Of a stretch of DNA of 50,427 nucleotides, positions 45,518 to 50,427 are shown in pieces. The DNA is taken from contig JBBQKV010000003.1 of NCBI GenBank assembly GCA_038327245.1, forward strand, positions 1 to 50,427, read 5' to 3'. The notes under the pieces are model-generated. The model did no database searches, was not told the origin of the DNA, and saw only the letters and a list, made by a program, of their open reading frames with translations. The DNA is from Acidobacteriota bacterium. Its GTDB lineage: Bacteria > Acidobacteriota > Thermoanaerobaculia > UBA5066 > Gp7-AA6. Each line of letters starts with the position of its first letter. Positions within the stretch are counted from its first letter, which is position 1. A program made the position numbers and the translations under genes.

Positions 45518-47248
45518 TTGAAAAAGGCGATTCTGTTGCTTGCACTGCTGTCGGCCTCGACTCTTCTCGGGCAAGGCTCGCCTCCTCCTGCGACGCCGGC
45601 TCCCGGGGCCGCGAAGCCCGCGCCCGAGGCTCCGAAGCCCGACGCCGCTCGATCCATGGGGCCGGTCACGGAGCGGGTCGAAGTCTCGGTGACGAACATC
45701 GACGTGATCGTGACCGACTCGAAGGGCAACCGGGTGCCTGACCTGACGAAGAACGACTTCGAAGTGTTCCAGGACGGCGTGCCGCAGGTGATCTCGAACT
45801 TCTACGCGGTGTCGGGCGGCAAGGTCCTTCTCGAAGACGGCAAGACGGTTCCCCTGGACTCGCCGGCCGCCGCCTCGGAGATCCCGACCCAGTTGAAGGC
45901 GCGCTACATCGTGTTCATCGACAACCTGAACATCCAGCCGCAGAACCGCAATCGGATGTTCAAACGCCTGAAGGAGTTCCTGTCCGCGAACGTGGGCCCC
46001 CAGGCGGAGGCCATGGTCGTGACGTACAACCGCTCGCTCAAGGTCAGGCAGAAGTTCACGTCCGAGAAGGGCGACGTGCTCTCGGCGGTCGAACAGACCG
46101 AGATGGAGACGGGAGGCGGCACGACTCTCGCGGGCGAGCGGCGCGACGCTCTCGCCCGGATCAACGACTCCAAGAGTGAGCAGGAGGCGATCCATGCGGC
46201 GCGCTCCCACGCCCAGTCGCTCCGCAACGACCTTCAGTTCGCGGTGGACTCACTGAAGACGACCTTGAACGGACTGGCGGGAGTCGAGGGGCGCAAGGTC
46301 TTCATCTACGTGTCGGAGGGGCTGCCGGCCTCGGCGGGCGCCGAGCTGTTCGACACCATCCGCCAGAAATTTCCGGGCGGATCGAGCAGCCTGGAGTCGC
46401 TCGAGTTCGACATGAACTCCCGCTACGCGACGATCGCACAGACCGCGAACTCCAACGGCGTGACGATCTGGGCGCTCGACGCTTCCGGGCTGGCGGGCGA
46501 CGAGATGGTCTCCGCCGAAAACCGCTACATGGAAAACCGACCCTCCAGCTTTCTCATGCGCCAGAACACGCAGGCTCCTCTCCAGATGCTGGCAGAGCAG
46601 ACCGGCGGCCTCGCCGCCGTGAACACCAACGACTGGAAGGACAGCCTGAACGAGCTGTCCAAGGACTTTTCCAACTTCTACTCGATCGGCTACCGAACGA
46701 CCCGCGCGGCGGCCGACCGCCCGCACTCCGTCGAGGTGCGGGCGAAGCGCAAGGGGCTCCGGGTGCGGGCGCGCAAAGGCCTACTCGAGAAGTCGACCGA
46801 AACGCGGACCGCCGAGGCGGTCGTGGCGAGCCTCTTCTATCCGCGGAGCGACAATCCGCTGGGAGTCAGCCTGAGCATCGGAGATCCGAAGCCGTACGAT
46901 CAGGACAACTACCTTCTTCCGGTCCGCGTCGCCGTGCCGGTCGGGAAGCTCGGCCTCGTGCCGTCCGGGGATCGCTACGAGGGGCAGTTCTTCGTTTACT
47001 TCGTGGTTTTGGACGCGCTCGGCAAGCAGTCGGACCTCCAGGTTCAGAGGCAGGCGGTCAGCGTGCCCGCCCGGGACCTGACGGGGGCGCAGAAAAAGGA
47101 CTTCTACTACGACGTTCAGCTGATCGTGGTGCCGGGCGGCCAGAAGCTCGCGATCGCGCTGCGGGACGGGATCTCGAACGTCACCTCCTACGTGCAGAAA
47201 AACGTGTTCGTCTCGGTGCTCCCCAAGGAAACCAAGAAGACGGGCTGA
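45518..47248 (+). CDS. Secreted VWA-domain protein of the acidobacterial VWFA-related type
   Basis: Signal peptide; DVIVTDSKGNRVPDLTKNDFEVFQDG..Q.I, GRKVFIYVSEG, LAEQTGG, YSIGY; SD AGGAGG. Confidence 0.88.
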   Translation: MKKAILLLALLSASTLLGQGSPPPATPAPGAAKPAPEAPKPDAARSMGPVTERVEVSVTNIDVIVTDSKGNRVPDLTKNDFEVFQDGVPQVISNFYAVSGGKVLLEDGKTVPLDSPAAASEIPTQLKARYIVFIDNLNIQPQNRNRMFKRLKEFLSANVGPQAEAMVVTYNRSLKVRQKFTSEKGDVLSAVEQTEMETGGGTTLAGERRDALARINDSKSEQEAIHAARSHAQSLRNDLQFAVDSLKTTLNGLAGVEGRKVFIYVSEGLPASAGAELFDTIRQKFPGGSSSLESLEFDMNSRYATIAQTANSNGVTIWALDASGLAGDEMVSAENRYMENRPSSFLMRQNTQAPLQMLAEQTGGLAAVNTNDWKDSLNELSKDFSNFYSIGYRTTRAAADRPHSVEVRAKRKGLRVRARKGLLEKSTETRTAEAVVASLFYPRSDNPLGVSLSIGDPKPYDQDNYLLPVRVAVPVGKLGLVPSGDRYEGQFFVYFVVLDALGKQSDLQVQRQAVSVPARDLTGAQKKDFYYDVQLIVVPGGQKLAIALRDGISNVTSYVQKNVFVSVLPKETKKTG

Positions 47249-47277
47249 GCGGGCGCCCGGCGCGACATAATCCGGGC

Positions 47278-47976
47278 GTGCCGGAGTCTCCCCGGACGCT
47301 CATTCTCTTTGCCCGGGCTCCGCTTCCCGGAAGCGTCAAGACCCGGCTCGCGGGCGTGCTTTCGCCGGAGGGGGCCGCCCGGCTCTACCGCGCCTTCCTC
47401 GAGGACGCCGCCCGGGTCTATGCCGTGTCCGCGTGGACGGCGGTCGTTTACGCGGACCCGGATCCGCACGAGGCGAACCTGGCCGCGATCTTCGGCCCTC
47501 CGTGGCGGCGGGAGGCCCAGACCTCCGGCGACCTGGGATCCCGGCTCACCGCCGCGTTCGAAGCGGAGAGGTTCCACGGCGCCTCCGTGGTCCTCGCGGT
47601 CGGTTCGGATCACCCGGCTCTGCCGCGGAGGGCGGTCGAGGAGCTTTTCGAAGCCGTGGAACGCGGGGAGGAGGTCGCCTTGATTCCGGCGCAGGACGGC
47701 GGTTACTGCGCGATCGCCCTGGCGCCCGGCGCCGCGCCGACGATCGTCTTCCGCGACGTCCCGTGGTCCTCCGACCGGACCCTGGCGGTTACGGTCGCCC
47801 GGGCACGGCAGGAGGGTCTCCGTGTCGCGCTGCAGCAGCCGGCATACGACGTGGACCGGCCGGAGGACCTCCAGACGCTCGCGCGGGATCTCGCACGGCG
47901 GGATCCGGACGACGACGATTATCCCCACGCGACCGCGAGGGCGCTCGCGGGCTTCGCGGTGCCGCTCTCCCCGTGA
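47278..47976 (+). CDS. DUF2064 / TIGR04282-type GT-A-like transferase
   Basis: FARAPLPGSVKTRL, Q..GDLG.RL, GSDHP, PAQDGGY, VPWSS, DVDRPEDL. Confidence 0.88.
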   Translation: MPESPRTLILFARAPLPGSVKTRLAGVLSPEGAARLYRAFLEDAARVYAVSAWTAVVYADPDPHEANLAAIFGPPWRREAQTSGDLGSRLTAAFEAERFHGASVVLAVGSDHPALPRRAVEELFEAVERGEEVALIPAQDGGYCAIALAPGAAPTIVFRDVPWSSDRTLAVTVARARQEGLRVALQQPAYDVDRPEDLQTLARDLARRDPDDDDYPHATARALAGFAVPLSP

Positions 47977-49544
47977 TCCCGGTCCTCGACGCGCGTCAGA
48001 TGCGGGCGGCGGACGCGGCTGCCATCCGGCGCGGCGTGCCGTCCGCGGTGCTCATGGAGAACGCGGCGCGGGGGGTCGCGGACCTCGTCGGCCGCGAGTT
48101 CTCGGGCTGGCGCCGGATCGTGGTGGCCTGCGGACCCGGGAACAACGGGGGGGACGGTCTCGCGGCGGCGCGGATCCTGGACGGGATGGGCTTCGTGGTG
48201 CAGGTGTTCACGCTCGGCAGCCCGGATTCCTACCGGGGGGACGCGCAGTCGAACGCGCTCCGCGCGCGGGCGGCCGGAATCGCTCTGGAGCCCCTCTCCG
48301 GGGCGAGGGGGGCGTCTTCGTTCTCTCGCGCGCTAAGAGAGGCTGACGGGGTCATCGACGCGCTCTTCGGGACGGGGCTCGATCGGCCGCTCACAGGGCC
48401 GGCCGCCCGCGCGGTCGGGGCGATCAACGCGGCGGGCCGACCGGTGGTGGCCGCCGACGTCCCATCGGGACTCTCCTCGGACAGTGGGGAGATCCGCGGC
48501 GCCGCTGTCCGGGCGACCGCGACCGTCGCGTTCGGCGCCCCGAAGGTCTGCCACGCGCTCGCGCCGGCGCGGCGCCTGTGCGGAAGGGTCGTCGTCGCCG
48601 ACATCGGAATTCCGCCGTCCCTCTTTCCGGTCCAACGGAAGGGGATCTTTCTCGCGACCGCGGACGACGTTCGAGCGCTTCTCCCGCCGCGAGACCCCGG
48701 GGCTCACAAGCGCGACTTCGGGAGCGTCGCCGTCATCGCCGGATCGCGCGGAAAGATCGGCGCGGCCGTCCTCGCCGCCCGGGGGGCGTTGCGCGCCGGG
48801 GCCGGGCTCGTCACGGTGTTCTGTCCGAGAACGCTGGAGACCGTGGTCGTCGCGGCGCTTCCCGAGGCGATGACCGCCGGCCTCGCGGACGAAGACGGCT
48901 CGCTCGCCGCTGCCGCGGGACGAGATCTGGTGGAGCGCCTCGAGGACTTCGACGCGGCGGTGCTCGGGCCCGGCCTGGGAACCTCGGCCGGTACCGTCGC
49001 GGCGATTCGCACGGTGGTCCGGAAGACGAGCCTGCCCCTCGTTCTCGACGCCGACGGGCTGAACGCGTTCTCCGGCACGGCGCGGAGGCTCTCGAAGCGC
49101 CGGGGCCCGACCGTCCTGACGCCTCACCCCGGGGAGGCGGGTCGGCTCCTCGGCCGATCCGCGCGCGAGGTCCAGTCCGACCGCCTCGCCGCGGCCCGCT
49201 CGCTCGCAAAGGCGACCCGGTGCTGCGTGCTTCTGAAGGGGGAGGCGTCGCTCACGGCCACGCCGGACGGCCGCGTGGTCGTCAACCCGACCGGCACGCC
49301 CCTGCTCGCGACCGCGGGTTCGGGAGACGTCCTTGCGGGAGTCCTCGGCGCGCTCGTCGCGGGAGGGTTGCGGGTCGAGGACGCCGCCCCGGCGGCGGCC
49401 TGGCTTCACGGAGCTGCCGGCGAGAGGCTCGCGCGCACCCTCGGCGATGCGGGACTCCTGGCGGCCGAGCTCGCCGACGCGGTTCCGCGGGTCCGGCGGG
49501 GGCTCCGGGACCGGGACACGGAACACGGGACATGGGACACGTGA
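47973..49544 (+). CDS. nnr: Bifunctional NAD(P)HX epimerase/dehydratase (YjeF)
   Basis: LMENAA, CGPGNNGGDG, DALFGTG, DVPSG, GPGLG, LDADGL, TPHPGEA, ATAGSGDVLAG. Confidence 0.96.
   Translation: MIPVLDARQMRAADAAAIRRGVPSAVLMENAARGVADLVGREFSGWRRIVVACGPGNNGGDGLAAARILDGMGFVVQVFTLGSPDSYRGDAQSNALRARAAGIALEPLSGARGASSFSRALREADGVIDALFGTGLDRPLTGPAARAVGAINAAGRPVVAADVPSGLSSDSGEIRGAAVRATATVAFGAPKVCHALAPARRLCGRVVVADIGIPPSLFPVQRKGIFLATADDVRALLPPRDPGAHKRDFGSVAVIAGSRGKIGAAVLAARGALRAGAGLVTVFCPRTLETVVVAALPEAMTAGLADEDGSLAAAAGRDLVERLEDFDAAVLGPGLGTSAGTVAAIRTVVRKTSLPLVLDADGLNAFSGTARRLSKRRGPTVLTPHPGEAGRLLGRSAREVQSDRLAAARSLAKATRCCVLLKGEASLTATPDGRVVVNPTGTPLLATAGSGDVLAGVLGALVAGGLRVEDAAPAAAWLHGAAGERLARTLGDAGLLAAELADAVPRVRRGLRDRDTEHGTWDT
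49513..49540 (+). repeat. Heptamer array, same unit as 17781-17808
   Basis: GGGACAC GGAACAC GGGACAT GGGACAC at the nnr/tsaE junction. Confidence 0.8.
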
Positions 49545-49978
49545 TCGCGCGGAGCGAGGAGGAGACCGAAGAGATCGCCCGGGTGCTGGCGAGAGGTCTT
49601 TCCGCCAGCGACGTCGTCTATCTGGTTGGCGATCTGGGAGCCGGGAAGACGACGTTCGCCCGCGGACTCGCCGCGGGCCTGGGCGCCGTGGCGAGAGAAG
49701 TCGCCTCGCCGACGTTTGCGATCCTCCACGAGTACGCGGCGCCCGGAGGGGCGGTCGTCCTGCGGCATCTCGATCTCTACCGGCTGGCCGACCGCGCGAG
49801 CGAGCTCGACATTCTGGGATTGCCCGACGCCGTCGCCGGGGCTCCGGTCGCGGTGGAGTGGCCGGGAGAGGCCATTCGGGCGGCCCTCCCCCCGACCGTC
49901 CAGGTCTCCCTGGTCGCCGAGTCGGAGGACGCCCGGCGGATCTCGATCCACCGGGCGCCCCGAGAAACACGCGGTTAG
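49541..49978 (+). CDS. tsaE: tRNA threonylcarbamoyladenosine biosynthesis ATPase
   Basis: GDLGAGKTTF, SPTF, HLDLYRL, VEW. Start GTG 49541 or ATG 49532. Confidence 0.95.
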   Translation: MIARSEEETEEIARVLARGLSASDVVYLVGDLGAGKTTFARGLAAGLGAVAREVASPTFAILHEYAAPGGAVVLRHLDLYRLADRASELDILGLPDAVAGAPVAVEWPGEAIRAALPPTVQVSLVAESEDARRISIHRAPRETRG

Positions 49979-50427
49979 AACGCGAAGATCAGCCCGCCCG
50001 AAACCTCTCCGTTGGTCAGCCACTCGTTCCGGTTGCTGTTGCAGTCCCGGAAGAAATCGCTACACCCGAAGTCGTCGTTGTCGTTGTTGTTCCCGAGCGA
50101 GGTGGCGTATCCGCGGCCGTCGAAGCGAAGTCCGAAGTGCGGGTTCAAGAAGGCCTTCACGCCGATGCCCAGGCTTCCCGTGAACCGGGTGTCGCTTCGC
50201 GCCCGGACGCCCGGGACGTTGGGATCCAGTCGGGCAACGCCCCCGCCGATCGTGATGTAAGGCACCGCGCGGCTGTGTCCGAAGTTGAAGACGCCGTAAC
50301 CCATGTAGTAGTCGATCGTCAGGTCCCCGAACGTGTCGCCGTTGGAGCCGAAGAGATCGTGGCTGTTGTTGGACACGAATGCGGACTTCGTTCGGGACCC
50401 CTGGAATTCCAGCTCGAAGTTGTCGGT
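49975..50427 (-). CDS. Outer-membrane beta-barrel protein (OmpA-like), 5' part outside the window
   Basis: PYITIGGG, GIGVKAF, FGLRFDGR and C-terminal Phe beta-signal GGLIFAF; frame open to the window end. Confidence 0.85.
   Translation of the reverse strand, partial: TDNFELEFQGSRTKSAFVSNNSHDLFGSNGDTFGDLTIDYYMGYGVFNFGHSRAVPYITIGGGVARLDPNVPGVRARSDTRFTGSLGIGVKAFLNPHFGLRFDGRGYATSLGNNNDNDDFGCSDFFRDCNSNRNEWLTNGEVSGGLIFAF

Overview
High-GC, densely coding bacterial chromosome segment with about 50 CDSs. I found no rRNA, tRNA, CRISPR array, transposase or phage genes. The organism is a diderm (MlaEFD, TonB-ExbB-ExbD, outer-membrane beta-barrel, lipoproteins), probably Acidobacteriota; this is inferred from the acidobacterial-type VWA protein and the gene order. 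Most genes are housekeeping: folE, polX, dnaB-alr-mlaEFD-radA, purC, pepA, recN-thiF-tsaC, hisS-aspS-aroB, ftsY-ribD-ribE-hemW, hppA, nnr-tsaE. There is also a FIST/hybrid histidine kinase pair, a TetR-regulated ABC exporter and a Cache/HAMP/HD-GYP protein. Best leads: (1) a sortase-like gene whose catalytic His and Cys positions are both Ala, directly downstream of a secreted protein with a complete LPKTG sorting signal, in a diderm; (2) a cysteine-less SplB/Rv2578c-like radical-SAM remnant fused to a PolX-type HhH domain; (3) a PolX with a broken polymerase triad and an intact PHP nuclease; (4) a long MlaD with a C-terminal beta-barrel-like region; (5) inverted heptamer-repeat arrays at gene junctions; (6) a leaderless-like -10-box architecture at 13 genes; (7) a kinase that appears to start at ACG. 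All calls come from reading motifs by eye; no database searches were run.
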